A DNA stretch of 32,000 nucleotides from Candidatus Omnitrophota bacterium (GTDB lineage: Bacteria > Omnitrophota > Gorgyraeia > Duberdicusellales > 4484-171). The stretch spans positions 24,583-56,582 of the forward strand of contig JAIPHU010000007.1 of NCBI GenBank assembly GCA_021735045.1, in the 5' to 3' direction. The translations under genes were made by a program, and so were the position numbers. Below, one piece after another: positions 17,770 to 25,793 of this stretch (positions are counted from its first letter, which is position 1; each line of letters opens with the position of its first letter). The notes under the pieces are model-generated. The model made no database searches, had not been told where the DNA came from, and worked only from the letters and a program-made list of their open reading frames with translations.

Positions 17770-18618
17770 TTATAGTTTTTCTAAATAACTATGTATTTTT
17801 TCTTTTAATTGATTAATATCTATTTTACCAATATTTGCCGGCAAGTAAAAAACTTTTTTCTGGCCTAAAAAATCAGGGTCAAACTTATCTATCTCCTCTT
17901 TTATTTGTTTGTAATCTTTATTTTCACCCAATATTAATATTATTTTTGACCTAAATAAATGCCGCAAAAATCTATTTTTGCCTGGATTATCTTTTGTTTC
18001 TCTAACCGGTGGAGTATCTAATAAAGTAATCTTGTTAAACTTATAATTAAAATGGCCTAAAGCACAAGTAGCTGTAGTAAAAGGATAATGAGCTACTCTA
18101 TTTTCTTGGCCAGTAATCAAGTTAAACAAAGTGGTTTTTTTCCTATTAGCAAATCCAACAATAACAACATCAACAGGAATACGGTAATCTAGGACTACTA
18201 GTTTAGTTTGGCCTGCCCCGGGATCGGTGGTGGCAGGATTTCTGTTACTGCCTCTTCCTCCCTGGCCACCTTCACAAAGCACAAACTCTTTTCTTCCATT
18301 TATTAGATCAACTATCAATTGATTATTTTTATCTAAAATTTGTGTACCGCTGGGCAAGTCGACATAAAGTGGTTCGGCATTTTTCCCGCTTTTTAACCTT
18401 CTTGATCCAGGTTCTCCTGAAGCTGCAACAATTTTCTTTTTACCTTTTAATTTACCTAAATCATAAAGGTGAGGGCTTACCTTTAATATTATATCTGAGC
18501 CTCTGCCTCCATCACCTCCATCGGGATGAAACCTGGCTGAAGATAACTTTTTTACTGAAGCAGAACCTTTGCCTCCACTGCCTGACTTAAATAATATCTG
18601 AAGCCTATCGACTATCAC
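17770..18618 (-). CDS. obg: Obg-family protein, compact (282 aa), with non-canonical G motifs
   Basis: Obg-fold N-terminus (KSGSGGKGSAS...PDGGDGGRGSDIIL...GGQGGRGS). YPFTT and FLRHL are conserved. G1 reads GFANRKKTT, G3 reads DTPP, G4 reads NIGKID. Confidence 0.7.
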   Translation of the reverse strand: MIVDRLQILFKSGSGGKGSASVKKLSSARFHPDGGDGGRGSDIILKVSPHLYDLGKLKGKKKIVAASGEPGSRRLKSGKNAEPLYVDLPSGTQILDKNNQLIVDLINGRKEFVLCEGGQGGRGSNRNPATTDPGAGQTKLVVLDYRIPVDVVIVGFANRKKTTLFNLITGQENRVAHYPFTTATCALGHFNYKFNKITLLDTPPVRETKDNPGKNRFLRHLFRSKIILILGENKDYKQIKEEIDKFDPDFLGQKKVFYLPANIGKIDINQLKEKIHSYLEKL

Positions 18619-18619
18619 T

Positions 18620-19108
18620 TTATGAAGATTTTTTGAGAGAAGATTTTTTGGGAGAAGATTTTTTAGTTGTCTTTTTCTTAGTTGTCTTTTTTTTAGTGGG
18701 AGATTTCTTAGCTGTTGCTTTCTTAGTTGAAGTTTTTTTCGTCGTTTTCTTCTTATGAGTTGCTTTTTTAGTTATTTCTTTTTTGGAACCTTTAGTTATA
18801 TCGGAAATAATATCTGTAATTTTTATTGTAGTATATTTTTGACGATGTCCTTGTTTCCTTCGATATTTCTTTCTTCTTTTATATTTATAAACAATTACTT
18901 TTTTACCTTTTTTCTCTCCTTTAATATCAGCCTTTACCTTGGCCCCCTCCACATAAGGGGTTCCTATTTTAACTTTTCCCTGATTAGCTACCAGTAAAAC
19001 CTTATTAAAGGTAGTTTCCTTCGATACATCCTTTAATTTTTGGACATCCAAAATATCACCGGTTTGGACAATATACTGTTTTTTGGCTATTTCGACTACT
19101 GCAAACAT
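18620..19108 (-). CDS. rplU: 50S ribosomal protein L21 with a ~60-aa Lys/Thr/Ser-rich C-terminal extension
   Basis: MFAVVEIAKKQYIVQTGDIL...KVIVYKYKRRKKYRRKQGHRQKYT is canonical L21. The tail reads KKATHKKKTTKKTSTKKATAKKSPTKKKTTKKKTTKKSSPKKSSLKKSS. Confidence 0.9.
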   Translation of the reverse strand: MFAVVEIAKKQYIVQTGDILDVQKLKDVSKETTFNKVLLVANQGKVKIGTPYVEGAKVKADIKGEKKGKKVIVYKYKRRKKYRRKQGHRQKYTTIKITDIISDITKGSKKEITKKATHKKKTTKKTSTKKATAKKSPTKKKTTKKKTTKKSSPKKSSLKKSS

Positions 19109-19115
19109 AGGCTAA

Positions 19116-19144
19116 ATATTAGCATACTGGTTAACTTACGTCAA
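19116..19144 (-). promoter_or_regulatory. Putative sigma70-type promoter for rplU; predicts a (near-)leaderless transcript
   Basis: Minus strand reads TTGACG (19144-19139), a 17-nt spacer, then TGcTAATAT (TAATAT = 19121-19116). Only 7 nt (TTAGCCT) separate the -10 from the ATG at 19108. No SD is present. Confidence 0.5.
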
Positions 19145-19170
19145 GGAATTATTGCGGCTTCAGCTCATTA

Positions 19171-19197
19171 TTGCTAAAAATGCTTTTATGGTATAAT
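19171..19197 (+). promoter_or_regulatory. Putative promoter for the plus-strand operon of the island
   Basis: TTGCTA, a 15-nt spacer, then TGgTATAAT (extended -10; TATAAT = 19192-19197), 35 nt upstream of the ATG at 19232. Confidence 0.4.
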
Positions 19198-19231
19198 ATT
19201 TTTTTAAGTTTCCTTAACTTCATCAGATAAT

Positions 19232-19957
19232 ATGAGTAAAAAACTATATATTTTTCTACGAGATGACGATATTTACAGCTACGACCATAATTTTTTATCT
19301 ACTTTTAATCTTTTAAAAAACTATGAAATACCAGTAGTTTTAGGAGTTGTTCCTAAAAAAATAGAAAGGAAATTGGTTAATTTCTTAAATAAAGAAAAGA
19401 AAAATAACAGCTATCAATTCGATATAGCCCAACATGGTTGGTCTCATAAAAATTATAGCAAAGATATAAAAAATAAATACGAGTTCGGGCCCCTAAGAAA
19501 TTATCGGCAACAAAAAAAAGATATCACCAGAGGATATATCAAAATGAAACAGCTTTTTGGCAAAAATTTTACTCCTGCCTTTATTCCCCCTTATCATGGC
19601 TATGACCTTAACACTTTAAAGATAATCAATGAATTAAAAATTCCTTTATTTTCAGCCGGAAAAAAAATAATCTTAAAAAAAAGAAACTTCCTAAATTTAC
19701 CGGCTCAATTATCTCTAAATGACTACGGGCCAAAAGGCAAACCTCTCCAACTTACAGCTAAAACATTAATTAAAAGATTTTATTTTTCAATAAATAGATA
19801 TAAAATACTCGGTATGGTTTTCCACCATTATGTAATCAAAAACAAAAGACAAATAAAACAATTGGAAACATTTATTAAGTTTTTAAAAAGATTGGAAGAA
19901 AAGGAAATAACAAATAATACCCTTTTTACCTATATCCTTTCTAAAAAGATAAAATAA
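19232..19957 (+). CDS. Polysaccharide-deacetylase-like (CE4/NodB- or DUF2334-like) metal hydrolase
   Basis: FLRDDDI (Asp motif), QHGWSH (H-x3-H), FIPPY (R-x-P-Y-like). This is the order and spacing of CE4 motifs 1-3. Confidence 0.5.
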   Translation: MSKKLYIFLRDDDIYSYDHNFLSTFNLLKNYEIPVVLGVVPKKIERKLVNFLNKEKKNNSYQFDIAQHGWSHKNYSKDIKNKYEFGPLRNYRQQKKDITRGYIKMKQLFGKNFTPAFIPPYHGYDLNTLKIINELKIPLFSAGKKIILKKRNFLNLPAQLSLNDYGPKGKPLQLTAKTLIKRFYFSINRYKILGMVFHHYVIKNKRQIKQLETFIKFLKRLEEKEITNNTLFTYILSKKIK

Positions 19958-19989
19958 CAGCTAGAGATATTTTAAAATTTTATAACAAA

Positions 19990-21039
19990 ATGAATAGTTA
20001 TTTAAAGAACAACTTAATCTTTGATATTTTACAAGATAAAGTTACTCAAGGGCCTCAAATTGCTAATCTTTATATTAACTCTAACTGCAATCTTGGCTGT
20101 GAATACTGCTGGTTCCACTCTTTCTGGAATAAAAATAAACCAAAAAAGCAAATTATACCTTTATCTTTAATTAAAAAAAATATATTAGCACTCAAAAAAC
20201 TTGGCACAAAATATATAGTATTAAGCTCTCATGGTGAACCTTGGCTCCATCCAGAAATAACAAAAATCATTAATTTTATTAAAAAAAATGGTTTATTTTT
20301 ACGAATCACTACAAATTTAACTTTCAGCGATAAACAACTAAAGTTAGCTTTTGGCAAAGCTAACTTTTTAGCAGTAAATTTCTCTGCCCCCACTCAAAAA
20401 CTTTACTCAAAAATTCACAATCCTACTAAAACTAAAACCTATAATAATCTCATCTCTAACCTCAAGCTATACTCTATGCTTTATAAAAAAGTAGGCACTC
20501 CTTATCTAGAAGTAAGATATATAATCACTAAAAACAACTATAAATTTATACCAAAAAGTATAGAACTTGCCCGAAAACTAGATATTGGCCAATTAAGATT
20601 TCGGCTCCTGGATACCACAAGGTATACAAAAAAACTTTCTCTAACTTCTTTAGAAATTGCTAAACTTAAAAGAATAATAAAAAAGGTTAATTCTAAACAT
20701 TTTCCAGTAAAAACTAACTTAAAATCTTTATATAGTTATCTGTCAAAAGACAATACTATAAATTTTTCTCTCAACAGATGTTTTATCGGCTGGTTAAGAA
20801 TATCTTTAGAACTTAATGGGGATATAGGTTTTTGTTGCCAAAACGATAAATTAATATTTGGCAACTGGAAACGTGACTCAATAAAAAAATCCTGGTATAA
20901 TCAAAAAGCCCAAAAAATAAGATTAAAGTCTAAATATAATTTTGATATCAAAAAGGATTTTTGGAAATCTTGTAAATTTTGTTTTATCGAAAAAGACAAT
21001 AAAAGTATTGATTCAATACTTAAAAAATTTAAAAGATGA
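19990..21039 (+). CDS. Radical SAM enzyme with C-terminal SPASM/twitch-like Cys cluster (paralog A)
   Basis: CNLGCEYC (C-x3-C-x2-C), HGEPWLHP. C-terminal CFIGW..(x12)..GDIGFCC...KSCKFC. Confidence 0.8.
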   Translation: MNSYLKNNLIFDILQDKVTQGPQIANLYINSNCNLGCEYCWFHSFWNKNKPKKQIIPLSLIKKNILALKKLGTKYIVLSSHGEPWLHPEITKIINFIKKNGLFLRITTNLTFSDKQLKLAFGKANFLAVNFSAPTQKLYSKIHNPTKTKTYNNLISNLKLYSMLYKKVGTPYLEVRYIITKNNYKFIPKSIELARKLDIGQLRFRLLDTTRYTKKLSLTSLEIAKLKRIIKKVNSKHFPVKTNLKSLYSYLSKDNTINFSLNRCFIGWLRISLELNGDIGFCCQNDKLIFGNWKRDSIKKSWYNQKAQKIRLKSKYNFDIKKDFWKSCKFCFIEKDNKSIDSILKKFKR

Positions 21040-22079
21040 ATTTAGATAAATTAAGAATTTTAGGAGCCGCAAAAGACAAATTACTGGCTGGCCCAAAGTC
21101 AATATATATCGATATCAATACTAATTGTAATCTAAACTGTAATTATTGTTGGATTCATTCACCTTTAGTAAAAAAGCCCTTATATAAGAAACCCTTACAG
21201 CTTGAACTATCAGATATTATTAAAATTACAAAAGAAGCAGACAGATGGAATGCTGGAGAAATAGTAATCTCCGGTGATGGCGAGCCTACCCTACATCCAA
21301 ATTTTAAGAAAATAGTTAAATATTTAACCAGAAAACCGCGAAAAATATATTTAACTACAAATGCCACCTTCAAAAAAGATCTTCTTAGCTCAGTTGCCAA
21401 AATTAATTACCTCTATATAACCCTCTCTGCCCCAAGCCAAAAACTATACAATCAAATACAATCTCCTAAAAACAGCAATATTTATCAACAAGTAATAAGG
21501 AATATTAAAATACTTACCCAACTAAGAGATAAATATAACAAACCTTATATAAACTTAGCTTATATAGTCAACTCTACTAATTTTAGAAAAATTCCTGAGA
21601 TGCTTAAATTGGCTGAAGAACTAAAAATAGATAAAATAAATTTTAGAATAATGGAGCCAACAAAATATACGAAAAAATTACTTTTATCCAAAGAACAAAA
21701 ACTAAAACTTATAAAGATTATTTCCCAGTTGTTAAATAAAAAATTTTCGTTTCAGCATAACTTATCAGAAATAAAAAACGGGCTCACAAATCCCAAACAA
21801 AGCCCCTATCATATAAAACAATGCTTTACCGGTTGGTTTAATTTATTTATAGATTTTAATAAAAAAGTCGGGCTTTGCTGTCATAATGAAAAATTAATTA
21901 TTGGTGATTTAAAAAAAGAATCTTTAGAAAAAATTTGGCAAAGCAAAAAAGCTCAAAAGTTGCGCCTTAGATGTAAATATGAATTTGATATAAAAAAGGC
22001 TCCTTTTAAAGGAGAATGCGAATGGTGCCATTGGTATAAACAAAATCAAAAAATATATGAACAAATTAATGATAAATGA
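21036..22079 (+). CDS. Radical SAM enzyme with C-terminal SPASM/twitch-like Cys cluster (paralog B)
   Basis: CNLNCNYC, GDGEPTLHP. C-terminal CFTGW...VGLCC...GECEWC. Collinear with paralog A along the full length. ATGA start/stop overlap with A. Confidence 0.8.
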   Translation: MNLDKLRILGAAKDKLLAGPKSIYIDINTNCNLNCNYCWIHSPLVKKPLYKKPLQLELSDIIKITKEADRWNAGEIVISGDGEPTLHPNFKKIVKYLTRKPRKIYLTTNATFKKDLLSSVAKINYLYITLSAPSQKLYNQIQSPKNSNIYQQVIRNIKILTQLRDKYNKPYINLAYIVNSTNFRKIPEMLKLAEELKIDKINFRIMEPTKYTKKLLLSKEQKLKLIKIISQLLNKKFSFQHNLSEIKNGLTNPKQSPYHIKQCFTGWFNLFIDFNKKVGLCCHNEKLIIGDLKKESLEKIWQSKKAQKLRLRCKYEFDIKKAPFKGECEWCHWYKQNQKIYEQINDK

Positions 22080-23028
22080 GATACTAAAAGATATTAAAGA
22101 GATAACTTTTGAACTTACCAATCGCTGCAATTTAAAATGTAAAATGTGCGGCATTTGGCAAGAAAAACAAAAAAAAGATCTCGGTTTAAAAGATATTAAA
22201 AAAATTACAAAGACTTTCAATAATCCTTTAACCGTATCTCTTACCGGGGGAGAACCATTGCTTCATCCTGATTTTGATAAAATCTATAGGTACCTTTATA
22301 AATTATTTCTCCAAAAAAAATTAAAAAACATAGATATATCCACAAATGCTTACTCTAATGATATTGTTGATTTCCTTTCTGAAAATAAAAAATACCTGCA
22401 GCCTTTAACTCTTTCTATAAGTTTAGATGGTTTAGAAAAAAACCACAATAGACAAAGAGGTAAGCCAGATGCTTTTTCAAAAACGTTAAAAAATATTATA
22501 AAAATAAAAAAATATAATATTTTCCCTACTATAAAATTTGTGGTTACCGACCTTAACTATAAAGATATAGATAAAATCTATAGACTAGCAAAATCCCTAA
22601 ATTTAACATTCAATCCCAAGCTAGTTGAAAAAATAAATAACTATTATCACCGTTATGAAAATAATCAAGTTAGATTGCTATCAACAAAAAACTTTCCTTT
22701 TATTCTAAAATCAATAAATAAAATATTGAAAACACAAAAAGTCAAAAATAATAAAATAGAATATTTTTCATTTAACTGTTTAACAAAATATATTTCATCT
22801 GGAAATCTTAATTTTATAAAAAAATGCCTTACTCCTCAAAAATCTTTATTTGTTACCTCAAATAATAAAATTTACAGCTGTATCTACCAAGAAAATATTG
22901 GCACAATTCAAAAATGGCCAGAAATAGATAAAAATGAATATGATAAGATTGAAAAAAATGCCCAAAAAGGTAAATGCCCGAAATGCTTATCTTATCATGG
23001 ATACCTGAGAGAATTTAATGCCTCCTAA
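22057..23028 (+). CDS. Radical SAM enzyme (third, more divergent) with C-terminal Cys-rich auxiliary domain
   Basis: LTNRCNLKCKMCGIW, LTGGEPLLHPDF. C-terminal KKCL...IYSC...GKCPKC. Confidence 0.75.
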   Translation: MNKLMINEILKDIKEITFELTNRCNLKCKMCGIWQEKQKKDLGLKDIKKITKTFNNPLTVSLTGGEPLLHPDFDKIYRYLYKLFLQKKLKNIDISTNAYSNDIVDFLSENKKYLQPLTLSISLDGLEKNHNRQRGKPDAFSKTLKNIIKIKKYNIFPTIKFVVTDLNYKDIDKIYRLAKSLNLTFNPKLVEKINNYYHRYENNQVRLLSTKNFPFILKSINKILKTQKVKNNKIEYFSFNCLTKYISSGNLNFIKKCLTPQKSLFVTSNNKIYSCIYQENIGTIQKWPEIDKNEYDKIEKNAQKGKCPKCLSYHGYLREFNAS

Positions 23029-23920
23029 AAAAATAAAAATAACAATGGATAAACTTTACTGTATTAGAAAAACATACTACAGCCGTATCTATATAGTAGA
23101 AAATAATCCCTCCTATCTTTTAAAAGAACACTTTTTTCCCAATAAAATAATTCATGAATATAAGACACTAAAATTTCTAAGAAAGAAAAATTTTAATAAC
23201 ATCCCAGAATTCAAACTAATAAAAATAAATAATCGCCAATTTTTATCCTTAAAAAAATTAAATAAACCCTTTCTCTTTCCAAATAAAACAAATACACCGC
23301 AAATTACAATGCTGGCAAAAACAATAGCTAAATTACATAATATAAAAACCAATAAAACTCAAAAAGATTTTATCCAAATGAAAATTTCACGAATAAAAAA
23401 ACTTTTTTTTCAATATAAATTTATAGATAACTACTATAACAATCAACCAAATTTATCTTTACAAAAAACAATTCTCCAATACATAAATTTTATTATAAAA
23501 TTTGCAAAAAAAATCCCTTTACCTGCTCAAAATTTATCATTAATTCATGGAGAGTTATTTCCGGATTATTTCTTTTTAGAAAATAAAAAAATAAAAATTA
23601 TAGATTGGGAAAACTCTTGTTTTGGAGATCCAATGTATGACTTAGCAACTTTGTTTAACCAAAAAAACTTCCCGCAAAAAAAGTTTCTAACACATTACTC
23701 TGGATGTAACGATAAGCAGTATTTAACAAAAAAAATAAAACTTTATCAATTTTTAAAAACTTTGAACTCTTTATTATTTTCTATTTTAGATAGTATAATC
23801 TCAATAGATAATTTTAAAGATACAGCTGCTATCGGCGGAAAAAAAACCATCTATAGAAAAGAAATTTTAACTGAACTGAAAAAAATAAAAGAACTGTATA
23901 ATAGTATAAAAACAATTTAG
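23018..23920 (+). CDS. APH/choline-kinase/ThrB2-like phosphotransferase-fold protein with an atypical catalytic loop
   Basis: LIHGELFPDYFFL...KIIDWENSCFGDPMYDLA aligns with the family consensus IHGDLFPDNVL...IDWE....GDP..DLA. The true start may be the second Met (MDKLY, 23045). Confidence 0.6.
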   Translation: MPPKKIKITMDKLYCIRKTYYSRIYIVENNPSYLLKEHFFPNKIIHEYKTLKFLRKKNFNNIPEFKLIKINNRQFLSLKKLNKPFLFPNKTNTPQITMLAKTIAKLHNIKTNKTQKDFIQMKISRIKKLFFQYKFIDNYYNNQPNLSLQKTILQYINFIIKFAKKIPLPAQNLSLIHGELFPDYFFLENKKIKIIDWENSCFGDPMYDLATLFNQKNFPQKKFLTHYSGCNDKQYLTKKIKLYQFLKTLNSLLFSILDSIISIDNFKDTAAIGGKKTIYRKEILTELKKIKELYNSIKTI

Positions 23921-23931
23921 GAAAATAAAAA

Positions 23932-24633
23932 ATGTTATCTGAAATAACTAAAAAAATATTTTTACCTTATAAAAACAAAAAAATAGCTATTTTATCTTCG
24001 GCAGGCTTAGGGTCTAACTTTTTGAGTTATTTTTCAATTATTTGTGGCTGTAAAACTAAACTTTATTTTATAAAAGCAACTCATCCAGAACTAGATTCAT
24101 ATAACAAAAAAAGGATTAAGATGCTAAAAGAAATATCCTCTTTTTTAAACCAAAAAGCTTCTATCTTAGAACTATCACCCAAGCAATATATAAAATATTT
24201 TTTAAAATTAGACAGTTGCTACCCCGATGCATTCCTAGAAGATGAAGATACCCCTGCAATTTATTTTGCTTTAGATAAAATTAAAGAAAGATTTGTCTTC
24301 CATGGAATGGGCTTGAATGAAATGGAAAATTTATCTTATAAAAATGCAAAACTTTATGTAAAGAATCAAAGGATAAAAAATATTAATTTACATAAGAAAA
24401 TTTCTAGTTATACAAAAAAAGAGATTTTCTTTCCCTTTTTAGAAGATAAAGCAATTCTAGATTTATTTTTAGAATACAAAAAAAAAGAAACATCTATTAA
24501 AAAAATACTTCAACAAATTCTTGGTAATAAACTTCCTAAGAAATTAATAGTTCAAAAAAGCCAACACACCTATGTCCCCCAGGATATATTAAAAATTGTT
24601 GATAAAATACATAAGTTGAAAAAAGGTTTTTAG
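23932..24633 (+). CDS. Short asparagine-synthetase-C-terminal-like / PP-loop-like protein (tentative)
   Basis: IAILSSAGLGSNF resembles the AsnB PP-loop (LSGGLDSS). EIFFPFLEDKAILDL resembles AsnB E.R.PFLD. Only 233 aa, with no glutaminase domain. Confidence 0.35.
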   Translation: MLSEITKKIFLPYKNKKIAILSSAGLGSNFLSYFSIICGCKTKLYFIKATHPELDSYNKKRIKMLKEISSFLNQKASILELSPKQYIKYFLKLDSCYPDAFLEDEDTPAIYFALDKIKERFVFHGMGLNEMENLSYKNAKLYVKNQRIKNINLHKKISSYTKKEIFFPFLEDKAILDLFLEYKKKETSIKKILQQILGNKLPKKLIVQKSQHTYVPQDILKIVDKIHKLKKGF

Positions 24634-25793
24634 TTTTGGTATCTAGCAATAACTAAACTACAATTCCCTCCTCCGAAGCCAAAAGAATTATTTAATATCA
24701 GTTCAACTCTTTTTTTTCTAGCCTGATTCGGAACACAATCAAGATCACATTCAGGATCGGGAGTTTCATAGTTAATGGTAGGTGGAATAACGTTATCTTT
24801 TAAGGTAAGCATACAAGTTATAGCTTCAATAGCAGAAGCTGCTCCCATTGCATGTCCTAGCATAGATTTAATAGAGCTTACAGGTATCTTTTTATATTTT
24901 TCTTTACCGAACATTTTTTTTATTGCACGGCATTCTGCTTTATCATTTTTTACTGTCCCGGTACCATGAGCATTAATATAATCAATATCCTCAACGTTTA
25001 TCCTTGCATTTTCTAAAGCATCCCTCATACAAGATAATATACCTTTTTCAGAAGGTATCGTTGGATGGGTCGCATCCGCACTTAATCCATAACCTATAAT
25101 CTCTCCATAAATAAAAGCATTTCTTTTTTTTGCCGAAGATAGACTTTCTAATACTAACATACCTGCCCCTTCTGCAGGTATTAAACCCTTGCGATTTTTA
25201 TCAAAAGGCTGACATCTCAAGGGAGCTATCGAAAAAAGCCTGTGAAAGCCAATAAAGTTTGTTATTGAAAAAAAATCAGCAGCACCAGCTAAAATAATCT
25301 GCTCTTTTTTACTTTTGATTCTATCGTAAGCCAAACCTAAAGCATAATTGCCAGAAGCACAAGCATAACTAACAGTATAAGCAGAACCTGCCAGCCCTAA
25401 ACTATTGGCTAGGTTTGCGGTAGCCATATACATAGGATATTGCTTCTTATCATTGGTATGACCTTCTGTGAACTCTTCTCCACTACTAATAGTTCCTAAA
25501 ACTACTCCTGCACTACTGTCTTTGACTCCTGCATCCTCTAGGGCATAATTAGCAGCTGTGATTGCAAATTGGTGGGTTCTTGGAAGAAAGGATATATCTT
25601 TAGCAGAAGAAAGCTTAGGTAGAGAAAAATTTTTTACTTCGCCTCCATAATGCTTTTGTAACTTTGAGCTATCGAAAGAATCAACTTCACTTATTGCAGA
25701 ATTACCTTCGATCAAGTTAGACCAGAAATCATCAAGAGAAGATCCTAGCGAAGAAACAACCCCTAAACCAGTGACAACTACTCTCTCAGCCAT
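24630..25793 (-). CDS. Beta-ketoacyl-ACP synthase, elongating (FabF/FabB-type)
   Basis: VVVTGLGVVSSLG, YACASGNYA (Cys), DATHPT (His), INAHGTGT (His), SIKSMLGHAMGAASA, NSFGFGGGN. Confidence 0.85.
   Translation of the reverse strand: MAERVVVTGLGVVSSLGSSLDDFWSNLIEGNSAISEVDSFDSSKLQKHYGGEVKNFSLPKLSSAKDISFLPRTHQFAITAANYALEDAGVKDSSAGVVLGTISSGEEFTEGHTNDKKQYPMYMATANLANSLGLAGSAYTVSYACASGNYALGLAYDRIKSKKEQIILAGAADFFSITNFIGFHRLFSIAPLRCQPFDKNRKGLIPAEGAGMLVLESLSSAKKRNAFIYGEIIGYGLSADATHPTIPSEKGILSCMRDALENARINVEDIDYINAHGTGTVKNDKAECRAIKKMFGKEKYKKIPVSSIKSMLGHAMGAASAIEAITCMLTLKDNVIPPTINYETPDPECDLDCVPNQARKKRVELILNNSFGFGGGNCSLVIARYQN

Noticed and set aside
18623-18811. The L21 Lys-rich tail as a frameshift or gene-fusion artefact
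   Set aside because: The reading frame is continuous from the L21 core to the stop at 18620-18622, immediately before obg. No alternative ORF explains the segment. An assembly error in the repeat cannot be excluded without reads.
23018-24633. Lasso-peptide-like module (Asn-synthetase-like cyclase plus kinase)
   Set aside because: The AsnB-like protein is only 233 aa with a degenerate PP-loop. There is no B-type transglutaminase protease and no precursor peptide.
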